A stretch of DNA of 64,000 nucleotides from Vicinamibacterales bacterium (lineage in GTDB: Bacteria; Acidobacteriota; Vicinamibacteria; Vicinamibacterales; UBA2999): assembly GCA_040081265.1 (NCBI GenBank), contig JBEBGV010000001.1, forward strand, positions 28,279 through 92,278, read 5' to 3'. The notes beneath the pieces were generated by a model, which was not told the DNA's origin, did not search any database, and saw nothing but the letters and a program-made list of their open reading frames with translations. Within the stretch, counting starts at the first letter, position 1, and each line of letters begins with the position of its first letter. Positions 39,536 through 49,484 of the stretch are shown piece after piece. A program made the position numbers and the translations under genes.

Positions 39536-42087
39536 CCCAGCCCTCGTCGCTCCGTGGTCTCAGTGAGGCGGATGCTGAGACCCGACTGAAGGCAGACGGC
39601 TATAACGAGCTCCCGCGGGCGAACCGGCGCACCCCGTTTCGAATCGTCCTCGAGGTGGTGCGCGAACCGATGCTTGCGCTGCTCCTTGGCGGCGGCGCCA
39701 TCTACCTGGTCCTGGGCGACTTGAAGGAGGCTGTCATCCTTCTCGCCTTCGCGATGATGTCGGTCCTGATCACGGTGGTTCAGGAAGCGCGTACCGAACG
39801 GGTGCTGGAGGCGCTGCGCGACCTTACCAGTCCCCGTGCATTGGTCATTCGCGACGGGGAGCGCAAACGCATTGCCGGGCGGGACGTGGTGCGTGGCGAT
39901 CTCGTCGTCCTGGCCGAGGGGGACCGCGTGCCGGCCGATGCAGCTCTCGTCGAGAGCCACGATCTGCGCACGGACGAGTCGCTCCTGACGGGAGAGTCGA
40001 TTCCCGTGCGCAAGATCTCCAGATCAGATGGCGTGCCGACGGCAGGGCTTCGTCCTGGCGGCGACGATCTGCCCTCCGTGTTCTCAGGGTCACTGGTAGT
40101 GAGCGGGACGGGCATTGGCGAGGTGTTCGCGACTGGTGCCCTGAGCGAAATCGGGAAGATCGGCCAGTCGCTCAACGCCCTGGAGCTCGAGCCTCCGCGT
40201 CTGCAGACGCAGACCCGCCGGCTCGTGCGCGTGTTCGCCCTGGTCGGTGCCGCCGTCAGCGTTCTGGCGGTGGTGCTCTACGGCACGTTGAGAGGGGGAT
40301 GGCTCGACGCGCTGCTCGCCGGCATTGCACTCGGCATGTCGATGCTGCCCGAGGAGTTCCCGGTCGTACTGACGGTCTTCATGGCGATGGGGGCCTGGCG
40401 CATCTCACGCGCGCGAGTCCTCACCCGACGCGCCGCCGCGATTGAAACGCTCGGCTCTGCCACGGTGTTGTGCACCGACAAGACGGGGACACTCACCGAG
40501 AACCGAATGACGGTCGCCGAGCTCCGGCGCGAGGGCTCGGAAGTCTTTCGGCCTCGTGACCCCTCGACGATGCCTGAGGCGTTTCATGACCTGGTCGAAT
40601 TCGGCGTGCTCGCCAGCGCGAAAGACCCCTTCGACCCGATGGAAAAGGCGTTCCACGAACTCGGCGGCCAGGCATTGGCGGGAACCGGGCGCATGCGCGG
40701 CACCGAATGGACCATCGTCAAGGCCTACAGCCTCCAGCCCGACCTCCTCGCCATGTCGCACGTGTGGCAGGCCACCGATAGCGGTCAGGACTCCATCGTC
40801 GCGGCCAAGGGCGCCCCTGAGGCGATCGCCGATCTCTGTCATCTCGGCGCCGTTGAACGTGCCGCACTCACCCAGTCCGTGGACCAGATGGCAGCAGAGG
40901 GCCTGCGCGTGCTGGGAGTCGCCCGCGCCCGGTTCGCTGGTGATGCGTGGCCGGCCACCCAGCACGATTTCGTCTTCGAATTTCTGGGCCTGGTCGGCCT
41001 CGCCGACCCGCTGCGAGAGAGCGTCCCCGATGCCGTGAACGAATGCAGAACCGCTGGCATCAAGGTGGTGATGATCACCGGTGACTATCCAGCCACCGCT
41101 CAGGCAATCGCCCGTCAGGCAGGGCTCGACGCCGTGGACGTTCTCAATGGGCAGGACCTCGAGAAGCTGAGCGCGGAAGAACTGGCCGGCCGCGTCAGAA
41201 CCGCGACGGTGTTCGCGCGAATCATGCCCGAGCAGAAGCTGCGCATCGTCAACGCGTTCAAGGCGAACGGCGACATCGTGGCGATGACTGGCGACGGCGT
41301 CAACGACGCGCCTTCACTCAAGGCGGCGCACATCGGCATCGCCATGGGCGGGCGGGGGACCGACGTGGCCCGCGAAGCGTCATCGATCGTCCTGCTCGAC
41401 GACGACTTCGGCTCCATCGTCAAGTCGGTCCGGCTCGGCCGAAGAATCTACGACAATCTCCGTAAGGCCATGGGCTTCATCTTCGCTGTCCACGTGCCGA
41501 TCGCCGGGCTGGCGCTGTTACCGTTGCTGCTCGGCCTTCCGATCTTGTTCGGGCCGATGCACATCGCATTCCTGGAAATGGTGATCGACCCGGTGTGCTC
41601 CCTTGTCTTCGAGGCGGAAACAGAGGAAGACAACGTGATGCGCCGCCCTCCGCGGTCCCCGGATGAACCGCTCTTCTCTGGTGCGCTGATCGGCTGGAGC
41701 CTGCTTCAGGGAAGCTTCGCCTTCGTGCTCGTCGCGATCATCTTCATCGTCGCGTCCCGGCGGGGGATGCCGGAAGCCGAAGTGCGGGCGCTGACATTCT
41801 TCTCGCTGGTCCTGACGATTGTGGGCCTGATCTTCGTCAACCGCTCCTTCAGCGCGTCGCTGGTCACGGCACTCCGGCGGCCGAACCCGGCGCTGGTGTG
41901 GGTTCTGCTCGCGGTCACGACGATGCTGGGCTTGACCCTGCTCTGGCCCTTCGCGAGTGGCCTCTTCCGCTTCGGACCACTGCACGCCGACGATCTCTCA
42001 TTGACGTTCGGTGCCGGCGTTCTCGTTCTTGCTGCGCTTGAACTCTTGAAACCTCGATGGCGTGCTCGGTTGCAGTCGCAGTCGTAA
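39532..42087 (+). CDS. Cation-transporting P-type ATPase (type II, Ca/Mg-like)
   Basis: Contains TGES, CTDKTGTLTEN, MITGD and MTGDGVNDAPSLK, with 10 TM helices. Its start overlaps the ADH stop (ATGA). Confidence 0.9.
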   Translation: MTQPSSLRGLSEADAETRLKADGYNELPRANRRTPFRIVLEVVREPMLALLLGGGAIYLVLGDLKEAVILLAFAMMSVLITVVQEARTERVLEALRDLTSPRALVIRDGERKRIAGRDVVRGDLVVLAEGDRVPADAALVESHDLRTDESLLTGESIPVRKISRSDGVPTAGLRPGGDDLPSVFSGSLVVSGTGIGEVFATGALSEIGKIGQSLNALELEPPRLQTQTRRLVRVFALVGAAVSVLAVVLYGTLRGGWLDALLAGIALGMSMLPEEFPVVLTVFMAMGAWRISRARVLTRRAAAIETLGSATVLCTDKTGTLTENRMTVAELRREGSEVFRPRDPSTMPEAFHDLVEFGVLASAKDPFDPMEKAFHELGGQALAGTGRMRGTEWTIVKAYSLQPDLLAMSHVWQATDSGQDSIVAAKGAPEAIADLCHLGAVERAALTQSVDQMAAEGLRVLGVARARFAGDAWPATQHDFVFEFLGLVGLADPLRESVPDAVNECRTAGIKVVMITGDYPATAQAIARQAGLDAVDVLNGQDLEKLSAEELAGRVRTATVFARIMPEQKLRIVNAFKANGDIVAMTGDGVNDAPSLKAAHIGIAMGGRGTDVAREASSIVLLDDDFGSIVKSVRLGRRIYDNLRKAMGFIFAVHVPIAGLALLPLLLGLPILFGPMHIAFLEMVIDPVCSLVFEAETEEDNVMRRPPRSPDEPLFSGALIGWSLLQGSFAFVLVAIIFIVASRRGMPEAEVRALTFFSLVLTIVGLIFVNRSFSASLVTALRRPNPALVWVLLAVTTMLGLTLLWPFASGLFRFGPLHADDLSLTFGAGVLVLAALELLKPRWRARLQSQS

Positions 42088-42678
42088 TCGGGGCCGCACA
42101 TGCTCTCGGTGTCCCTCACTCGACTGGTTACGGGCGAGGTCACTGAGGGCCGAGAGGCTCCGCTGGAGCACGTCTCCGGTCGCACCGGCAACTCCACAGT
42201 CACCCTGCCGGATCGCCTCGAGCGAGGCGACCGCCATGTAGACGAGGTTTCGAAAGTGCACGTCGTCGTAGTCGTTGATAGCCTGCTGCCGTGCTGTGTA
42301 CTCGCTGACGGCGTCCGCAATGGCGTCGTCCAGACACTGGTTCAGCGTGCGAAACTCGTCAGCGCGGATGGCTACGCCGGTGTCCACTGCCAAATCCGTT
42401 ATGGCCTGGCACACACCGCCGTAGTCGTGGACGAGTTGGTCGACCGTGAATGCTTCGGCGAACAGGTCGCGTCCGTGCTCGGCCGCGCTCGCGCTCATGT
42501 CGCTCGCGCTCGCGGAACCGTGGCGCAGGACATCCACGAGCTGGTCCACGAACACAGGAATCCCTGCGTCGGGCCTGACCGCAGTCAGCGCACCCGCCCG
42601 CCTCGTTTTCTCCGCCCACCGATCGAGAAGCTCGGTTCGATTTTGGCTGATGAGATCGGCCAATAGCATGGTCGGCAT
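41998..42678 (-). CDS. RsbRD_N-like sensory-domain protein, possibly a truncated sensor gene
   Basis: The N-terminus LLADLISQNRTELLDRWAEKTRR... is like N-terminal domains of RsbR/histidine-kinase proteins. No HisKA/ATPase domain follows. The last roughly 30 codons overlap the ATPase 3' end and look non-native. Confidence 0.4.
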   Translation of the reverse strand: MPTMLLADLISQNRTELLDRWAEKTRRAGALTAVRPDAGIPVFVDQLVDVLRHGSASASDMSASAAEHGRDLFAEAFTVDQLVHDYGGVCQAITDLAVDTGVAIRADEFRTLNQCLDDAIADAVSEYTARQQAINDYDDVHFRNLVYMAVASLEAIRQGDCGVAGATGDVLQRSLSALSDLARNQSSEGHREHVRPRLRLRLQPSTPSRFQEFKRSKNENAGTERQ

Positions 42679-42742
42679 GCTCGCAATCGTAACGTCCAGC
42701 CAGGCGGCCGGCTGTTCCAAATGGCACATGACCTAGGCTACG

Positions 42743-43735
<993 letters not shown>

Positions 43736-43747
43736 GACTCGCGTCTG

Positions 43748-43788
43748 TTTCGTAGGGCGGTACGTAGGGCGGGTCGAAACGACCCGCC
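43748..43788. repeat. REP-like element (one full unit plus a partial duplication of the head)
   Basis: The partial TTTCGTAGGGCG is followed by GTACGTAGGGCGGGTCgaaacGACCCGCC (43760-43788). Confidence 0.8.
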
Positions 43789-43793
43789 GGCCA

Positions 43794-44003
43794 TCAACCC
43801 CGCCGTATTGCGGCTAACGCAAGTCCCAGCAGCACCACGTTCACGAGGACGCCGATCCTGGCGTCCGGCCATCCCGCCACGCTCAGCAGCAGTGACGCGG
43901 CTGCAATCGCCATGAGCTTCCACGCCCACGTCGCGCCGGTGGCGATGCCCACACCATCGATGGCAAACGTCACCGCGGCGAGAAGCCAGAGGACGCGGTG
44001 GAC
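43794..44003 (-). pseudogene. 3' fragment of a membrane-protein gene (no start codon)
   Basis: The fragment ...VLWLLAAVTFAIDGVGIATGATWAWKLMAIAAASLLLSVAGWPDARIGVLVNVVLLGLALAAIRRG-stop is hydrophobic. Upstream in-frame sequence is Arg/Pro-rich junk. The fragment ends where the opposite-strand SRPBCC fragment begins. Confidence 0.35.
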
Positions 44004-44446
44004 TCTACAGCTACGACTGGCTGGATCGACTGTTCGGGTACCTCGATGCTCCGAGCGCCGAGAAGGTCTTACCGCAGTGTCAGCACCTGGCGGTCGGCGA
44101 CGAGATTCGGATCGGATGGGGCGGAGGCTTCCCGGTGGTCGCCGTGGATCCACGGCGTGCGCTGGTATTGAGCGGACGTGCGGACGGCGTGAGCTGGGTC
44201 TGGCAGTTCGGCCTCTACCTCGTAGATGTCCGGCGCACCCGTCTCGTGTCGCGCAATCAGGTGCAAGTGCCGAGGACGGCCGGCTCGTGGCTGTTCATGC
44301 GTGCGATCGAGCCCGCCGCATTCCTGATGACGCGGCGAATGCTGCTCGGTATCAAGCGCCGCGCGGAGAGGCTGGCGGGGATCACAAGCAGCGACGATGC
44401 TATCCTGCCGCTCGGAGAGCGAAGCGATGCCGCTAGCGGTGTTTGA
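43991..44446 (+). pseudogene. 5'-truncated SRPBCC-family gene
   Basis: My in-frame translation upstream of track ORF 44135..44446 gives RGGLYSYDWLDRLFGYLDAPSAEKVLPQCQHLAVGDEIRIGWGGGFPVVAVDP..., continuing to FLMTRRMLLGIKRRAE. This matches the family pattern, but the first roughly 40-50 residues and any start codon are missing. Confidence 0.5.
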
Positions 44447-44633
44447 TGAGTGGGCGCTGACCGTCGATGCTCTGTGCCGAGCACACCTTGCATGTGGCTG
44501 GCGCGATTTGTGTGGTGACTCTGAACCCCTTCAACGCGGGTTCGAAGGGGGTGAGACTCCGATGGCCTTCGTCCGGTGGCTGACCGAGAAGTACGACCTC
44601 CAGTGGATCGACGGCGCCGGGCACTCCAACTGA
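44427..44633 (+). CDS. Small hypothetical protein
   Basis: 68 aa from MPLAVFDEW. The pattern W..vD......G....DL.gD.....fE.G.tP..fv is reminiscent of small mobilome-associated proteins. It lies 28 nt upstream of the DUF2075 gene. Confidence 0.5.
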   Translation: MPLAVFDEWALTVDALCRAHLACGWRDLCGDSEPLQRGFEGGETPMAFVRWLTEKYDLQWIDGAGHSN

Positions 44634-44661
44634 CGTTACTGGCCTGGGTTATCCTCCCTGG

Positions 44662-46647
44662 GTGGATCCCTCCCGGCCAGCGCGGGCAAGTTCAGCGAAC
44701 TACGCAGACACGGTTGAAGGCTTCCTCGCGAGTGAATCACGCCACGTGCTCGGCGAGCTCACTCACGGGCACTCCCATGAGCAGTTGGACAAATCCCAAA
44801 TCCGTGCCTGGGAGATTGAGATCGAGATTCTAAAGGAAGCGTTGCCGGGGCTAAGCGGAAGTCTCTATCTCGAATTCAGTGTCCCCCGGCTCGGTAGTCG
44901 AATCGATGCCGTTCTCGTCTCAGGCCCCGCACTCTTTCCGATCGAGTTTAAGTGTGGCGAACAAAGGTTCACCCGCGACGCCTATAACCAGGCGTGGGAC
45001 TACGCCCTCGACCTGAAGAACTTCCACCTCGGTAGCCATCAAGCGCTAATACTGCCGATGGTTGTGGCAACCGAAGCCCCGCGCGGGGATCTCGACTGGG
45101 CCCCGGCACACACCGACGGTGTCTATCCTCCGCGACGCTGTTCCCGTGCCGAACTCGGAAACGCGATTCGCAATGGTCTCTCCTCGGTCACCGGTGTTGC
45201 TCTTAATGCCGAAGCGTGGGGCCGCGCTCCTTACCAACCGACCCCCACAATCATCGAAGCGGCCCGAGCGCTCTATGCCCGCCACACGGTCGAAGCCATT
45301 ACCAGGAATGACGCAGGCGCCAAAAACCTGACGGTAACGTCCTCGGCAGTTGAGGGGATCGTCGAGCGCACCCGGGCGAACAACGAGAAGGCGATCGTGT
45401 TCCTGACCGGAGTACCCGGCGCCGGCAAAACCCTGGTGGGCCTCAACGTCGCAACCCAGCGCCGGAATTCTACTGGCGCACGCGCGGTGTTCCTTTCCGG
45501 CAATGGCCCTCTGGTCGCGGTCCTTCAGGAGGCGCTCACCAGGGACGAAATGAGACGGATCGGCAAAGGCGAGCGCAAGGGCGCAGTCAAACAGAAGGTC
45601 AAGCCCTTTATCCAGAACGTACACCACTTCCGTGATGAAGGACTCCGCACTTCGGCCGCACCATTTGATCACGTTGCCATTTTTGACGAAGCGCAGCGCG
45701 CGTGGAATCGGCGCAAGACCGCCAACTTCATGAAGCAGCGAAAGGGTCTCGACGGTTTCACGCAGTCAGAGCCTGAGTTCCTGCTCTCCTATCTCGATCG
45801 ACACGAGGATTGGGCCGTCATCCTGTGCCTGGTCGGAGGGGGCCAGGAAATCAACGACGGCGAAGCTGGGATCGCTGCGTGGTGCGAGGCCATTGAGTCG
45901 TCGTTCCCACACTGGCGGTCGTACCTGTCGCCCGAGCTGTCGGACGCAGAGTATGCAGCCGCGTCCGCCCTCAGAACTCTGTCGTCTCGCTCGCCGGTCA
46001 CAACAGACGATCGTTTACATCTGTCGACGTCCATGCGGTCGTTTCGCTCGGAGAAGGTCTCGGCGTTTGTGAAAGCAGTGCTCGACTGCGATGAAGCTGG
46101 CGCGCGTGCGGCGCTCGCTGACGTCGCGCTTCGCTATCCAATTGTCGTCACACGCGATTTGGCCAAAGCCAAGGAATGGGTAAGAAGGCAGGCGCGAGGA
46201 ACGGAACAGTTTGGTCTGGTTGCGTCTTCCCAGGCCCAACGGTTGAAACCACTTGCGGTCGACGTGCGGGTCAGCGTGGACCCCATACATTGGTTTCTCG
46301 GGGCCCCGAGCGATACCCGATCGAGCTACTACCTCGAGGACGCTGCCACCGAATTTCAGGTTCAGGGACTCGAAGTGGATTGGGCTTGCGTCGCATGGGA
46401 TGCGGACTTGCGCCTGCATGACAGCGGCTGGCGTTATCACTCGTTCCGAGGGGACTCCTGGACCAACGTTCACAATGAGGACCGACGACGATATCTCCTG
46501 AACGCCTATCGCGTTCTCTTGACCCGGGCCCGCCAGGGTATGGCGATCTTCGTTCCCACTGGTGACGCGGCCGATCCCACGCGCCGTCCGGAGTTCTACG
46601 ACGAGACATTCGAATACCTGACAGGCCTGGGCCTCAGAACTCTTTAG
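44662..46647 (+). CDS. DUF2075 domain protein (Schlafen-group-3-like ATPase/helicase with an N-terminal nuclease-like module)
   Basis: 661 aa. The N-terminal part has SRIDAVLVSGPALFPIEFK (D...E-x-K-like). A Walker A motif (LTGVPGAGKT) and DEAQRAW (Walker B) follow. The C-terminal LLNAYRVLLTRARQGMAIFVP is typical of the family. Confidence 0.85.
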   Translation: MDPSRPARASSANYADTVEGFLASESRHVLGELTHGHSHEQLDKSQIRAWEIEIEILKEALPGLSGSLYLEFSVPRLGSRIDAVLVSGPALFPIEFKCGEQRFTRDAYNQAWDYALDLKNFHLGSHQALILPMVVATEAPRGDLDWAPAHTDGVYPPRRCSRAELGNAIRNGLSSVTGVALNAEAWGRAPYQPTPTIIEAARALYARHTVEAITRNDAGAKNLTVTSSAVEGIVERTRANNEKAIVFLTGVPGAGKTLVGLNVATQRRNSTGARAVFLSGNGPLVAVLQEALTRDEMRRIGKGERKGAVKQKVKPFIQNVHHFRDEGLRTSAAPFDHVAIFDEAQRAWNRRKTANFMKQRKGLDGFTQSEPEFLLSYLDRHEDWAVILCLVGGGQEINDGEAGIAAWCEAIESSFPHWRSYLSPELSDAEYAAASALRTLSSRSPVTTDDRLHLSTSMRSFRSEKVSAFVKAVLDCDEAGARAALADVALRYPIVVTRDLAKAKEWVRRQARGTEQFGLVASSQAQRLKPLAVDVRVSVDPIHWFLGAPSDTRSSYYLEDAATEFQVQGLEVDWACVAWDADLRLHDSGWRYHSFRGDSWTNVHNEDRRRYLLNAYRVLLTRARQGMAIFVPTGDAADPTRRPEFYDETFEYLTGLGLRTL

Positions 46648-46664
46648 GCAATGAGAGGGCGCTT

Positions 46665-46694
46665 GGCGGGTCCTTCCGGACCCGCCCTACGTAC
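46665..46694. repeat. REP-like element
   Basis: GGCGGGTCCttccGGACCCGCCCTACGTAC lies between convergent gene ends (DUF2075 and GYD). Confidence 0.85.
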
Positions 46695-46707
46695 TTCGCC
46701 CTCGCAC

Positions 46708-47028
46708 CTACGATCCGGGCGGCGTGTAGCTGGTCGTCTTCCTGGCCGCCTTGTCGATATCCTCGGCGCTCAGCAGCACCCGGACGGACGCCCCGGCGGC
46801 ACCGGTCGATGACACGGCCAGCGACATCGCCGCCGCGCTCACAGCGTCCGGCAGCTCGGCGATCACGATGGCGTCAGCACTGCCGAAGGCGAAGTAGAAG
46901 ACCTCCATCTTGCCGCCCAGGCTCTTGATGGCTTTCTGCGCCGCAGCCCGTCGCTTCGTGCCGCCGTCCTTCAATACACCCTTCGCACCCTGGGCCGTGT
47001 AGGCCACTTCCAGCAGATATTTCGGCAT
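46708..47028 (-). CDS. GYD domain protein
   Basis: MPKYLLEVAYTAQGAKGVLKDGG...GGKMEVFYFAFGSADAIVIAELPD. The start is at 47028; the long upstream part of the track ORF is rejected. Confidence 0.8.
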   Translation of the reverse strand: MPKYLLEVAYTAQGAKGVLKDGGTKRRAAAQKAIKSLGGKMEVFYFAFGSADAIVIAELPDAVSAAAMSLAVSSTGAAGASVRVLLSAEDIDKAARKTTSYTPPGS

Positions 47029-47067
47029 CGCGTCTCCTTGTGAAGAGGGAATGATAGTCTTTCGCCC

Positions 47068-47511
47068 GTGACAAACACAGACAGAGACCGCGCCTGGGCG
47101 ATCTTCACCGCCCGCACGATCCTCGGCATCGTCTTCTTCATTGCCGGCGTCTACAAGGTGTTCATGTGGGGCCCGCTCGAACATGCGCGTCAGCTGTTCG
47201 TCGTGCCGTACTCGGACACGTTCCTGCCCGTGTGGGCGCTCTGGGCAACCGGCGCCGCGGTGCCTGTCATCGAGCTGATCACGGGAGCGCTGGTGCTGAT
47301 TGGCCTGTGGACACGTCCCTCGCTCTTCATTCTGGGGGGCATCCTGATCTTCGTGTCGTTCGGCCACCTGCTGGTGCAACCGTCAACGTCGATCAACCCG
47401 TATATCCTGCCGCGTTCCGCGCTGCTGCTCGTCGTGCTGCTCTTGCCAGCGGCCGCTGACCGCTTCTCGCTGGACGGTCTGCTCGCGCGCCGCGCGAAAG
47501 CGAGGGTGTGA
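47068..47511 (+). CDS. DoxX-family membrane protein
   Basis: 147 aa with four TM helices and RTILGIVFFIAGVYKV...LIGLWTRP, typical of DoxX. Confidence 0.7.
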   Translation: MTNTDRDRAWAIFTARTILGIVFFIAGVYKVFMWGPLEHARQLFVVPYSDTFLPVWALWATGAAVPVIELITGALVLIGLWTRPSLFILGGILIFVSFGHLLVQPSTSINPYILPRSALLLVVLLLPAAADRFSLDGLLARRAKARV

Positions 47512-47954
47512 TGGGCTTCGAGACGGCGTGGGCGGTGTTCGTGCCGAGAACGATCCTCGGCTTCGTCTACCTCTTCGCAGGGATCCACAAGATCGTCAAC
47601 GTCGGCCCACTTGCCTACGGGCAGGCCCTGGCCATGACCGACGGCGCACGATTCTTCCCCGCCGCACTCCTCACAGGTGTCGGCACGCTCGTACCCTTCA
47701 TGGAAATCGCTTTGGGCGTGCTGGTCCTCGTCGGACTGTGGACACGACCTGCGTTGCATGCGCTGGCGGTACTCCTCTGCCTGATCGCAGCCGGCTATGG
47801 CGTGAGCGGACTGCTGCACCCGATGGGTGCAACCGCGATGAACATCACGATCGTCAATACCTTCATCCTGCCCCGTGCCGCGCTGATCATCGTGACGCTG
47901 CTGATTCCGGCACACGCCGATGCACTCTCGGTAGACCGCCTGCTGGGACGATAG
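47508..47954 (+). CDS. DoxX-family membrane protein (paralogue)
   Basis: 148 aa with RTILGFVYLFAGIHKI...LVGLWTRP. It overlaps the previous gene by 4 nt. Confidence 0.7.
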   Translation: MMGFETAWAVFVPRTILGFVYLFAGIHKIVNVGPLAYGQALAMTDGARFFPAALLTGVGTLVPFMEIALGVLVLVGLWTRPALHALAVLLCLIAAGYGVSGLLHPMGATAMNITIVNTFILPRAALIIVTLLIPAHADALSVDRLLGR

Positions 47955-47957
47955 CGC

Positions 47958-49484
47958 TTACTCCCCGTCGAACTGGTCAGACGAGGGCAGTGGGGATTGC
48001 GGGGCTGGGTTCAGGGCGGCGTCGGCAATTCCGGCGATCAAGCCGGCAAACACCGGCCCGTGGAGTGGTGTCACGCTGTACCAATACAGCAGGCCGAGCA
48101 GACCCCGTGGCCGGAACCTGGCGGTCTGCACCAGGGTGGAGCCTGGCTTACCGTCGGCGTCCGCTGATGCTGCGATTCGGAACTCGAGCACGGCATCACC
48201 GGGGACGCGCATCTCCGCGCGCAGGGTCAGTGAGCGCGGTGGCTCAATGGCCGCCACCCGCCAGAAACCTACGGCATCGCCCCAGGCCAGCTGCGTCGGG
48301 TGGCGTCGATTGCGCTGCCACCCGGGACCACCAATCAGGCGGTCGAGAATTCCCCGGGTAATCCACAGAGGGTTGTAGCGATACCACCCTCTTCGCCCGC
48401 CGAGCGTGGCAACCGCGTCGAAGACACCCTGCGGGGACGCCGCAACAAACAGCTCTCGCCGATCCTCGAACACCTTGCCCCCGGCCCAGTCGGGATCCCC
48501 GCGCACCGGACCTGCCGCGGTCCACGTACTTTCGACGTCGGCGCGAGCCTCGGCGTTGAGTGCACGCGCAATCGCTTCTCTGACGCCAAGGAGAGGTTGC
48601 GGCATCAAACCTGCCGCTTGGGGATCGGTCACCACCACACGGTTGCGGAGGCCCTCAGCCAGCGGCTGAGCAATGGCGGCATCGACGGGCGAGATCAGAT
48701 GAATCCAGAGAGCACTCACCCGCGGGGTGAAGAGCGGCACAGGAATGATTCGCCGACGCGGGAGCCCTCGCAGCTCCGCCATCAACTGAATCAGCGTCTC
48801 GTAGGTGACGATGTCTGGCCCGCCGATTTCGAGGGTACGCCCACTGGTCTCGGGCACCTCCAGACACGTCACCAGATAGTGGAGGACATTGCGCACTGCA
48901 ATCGGCTGGCACTCGGTGCGCACCCAGAGTGGCGTGAGCATCACGGGCAACCGCTCGGTGAGGTAACGCAGGATCTCGAACGACGCCGACCCCGAGCCGA
49001 TGATCATCGCGGCCCTGAACGCGGTCAGCGGCACCGGTCCCTCGGCCAGAATACGTTCGACCTCGCGGCGAGAGGCCAGGTGCTCGCTGAGCCGATCACT
49101 GCTCTGCGACCCGAGTCCCCCGAGATAAATGATCCGCTCGACGCCCGCCGCGGCCGCCGCGCGATGGACGGTTTCAGCCAGTTCACGGTCGCGCTGAGCG
49201 TAGTCGTGACCTGCGGACATCATCGAGTGGACGAGGTAATAGAGCGCATGACACCGGTCGAGGGCAGCCTTCAGCTTCGGCTCGTCCTCGAGGTCAAGGC
49301 TCACGATTTCGACATTCGGGTGCGAACTCCACGGCCGGTCCGCGATCTTGCGGGGTGACCGGACAAGACACCGCACGCGGTAGCCCGCCTCGAGGAGCCT
49401 GGGCACCAGCCTGGTGCCGATGTAGCCTGTCGCACCCGCCACGGCAACGAGCACAGAGCCACGCACGGGAGCAGCCATCTCCAT
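47958..49484 (-). CDS. NAD(P)H-binding SDR-like protein fused to a DUF2867 domain
   Basis: The start is near MEMAAPVRGSVLVAVAGATGYIGTRLVPRLLEAGYRV (Rossmann GxxGxxG). The C-terminal half is DUF2867-like (W...FWRV...L.L.AEMR.PG.A.LEF). The upstream 89 codons of the track ORF are rejected. Confidence 0.8.
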   Translation of the reverse strand: MEMAAPVRGSVLVAVAGATGYIGTRLVPRLLEAGYRVRCLVRSPRKIADRPWSSHPNVEIVSLDLEDEPKLKAALDRCHALYYLVHSMMSAGHDYAQRDRELAETVHRAAAAAGVERIIYLGGLGSQSSDRLSEHLASRREVERILAEGPVPLTAFRAAMIIGSGSASFEILRYLTERLPVMLTPLWVRTECQPIAVRNVLHYLVTCLEVPETSGRTLEIGGPDIVTYETLIQLMAELRGLPRRRIIPVPLFTPRVSALWIHLISPVDAAIAQPLAEGLRNRVVVTDPQAAGLMPQPLLGVREAIARALNAEARADVESTWTAAGPVRGDPDWAGGKVFEDRRELFVAASPQGVFDAVATLGGRRGWYRYNPLWITRGILDRLIGGPGWQRNRRHPTQLAWGDAVGFWRVAAIEPPRSLTLRAEMRVPGDAVLEFRIAASADADGKPGSTLVQTARFRPRGLLGLLYWYSVTPLHGPVFAGLIAGIADAALNPAPQSPLPSSDQFDGE

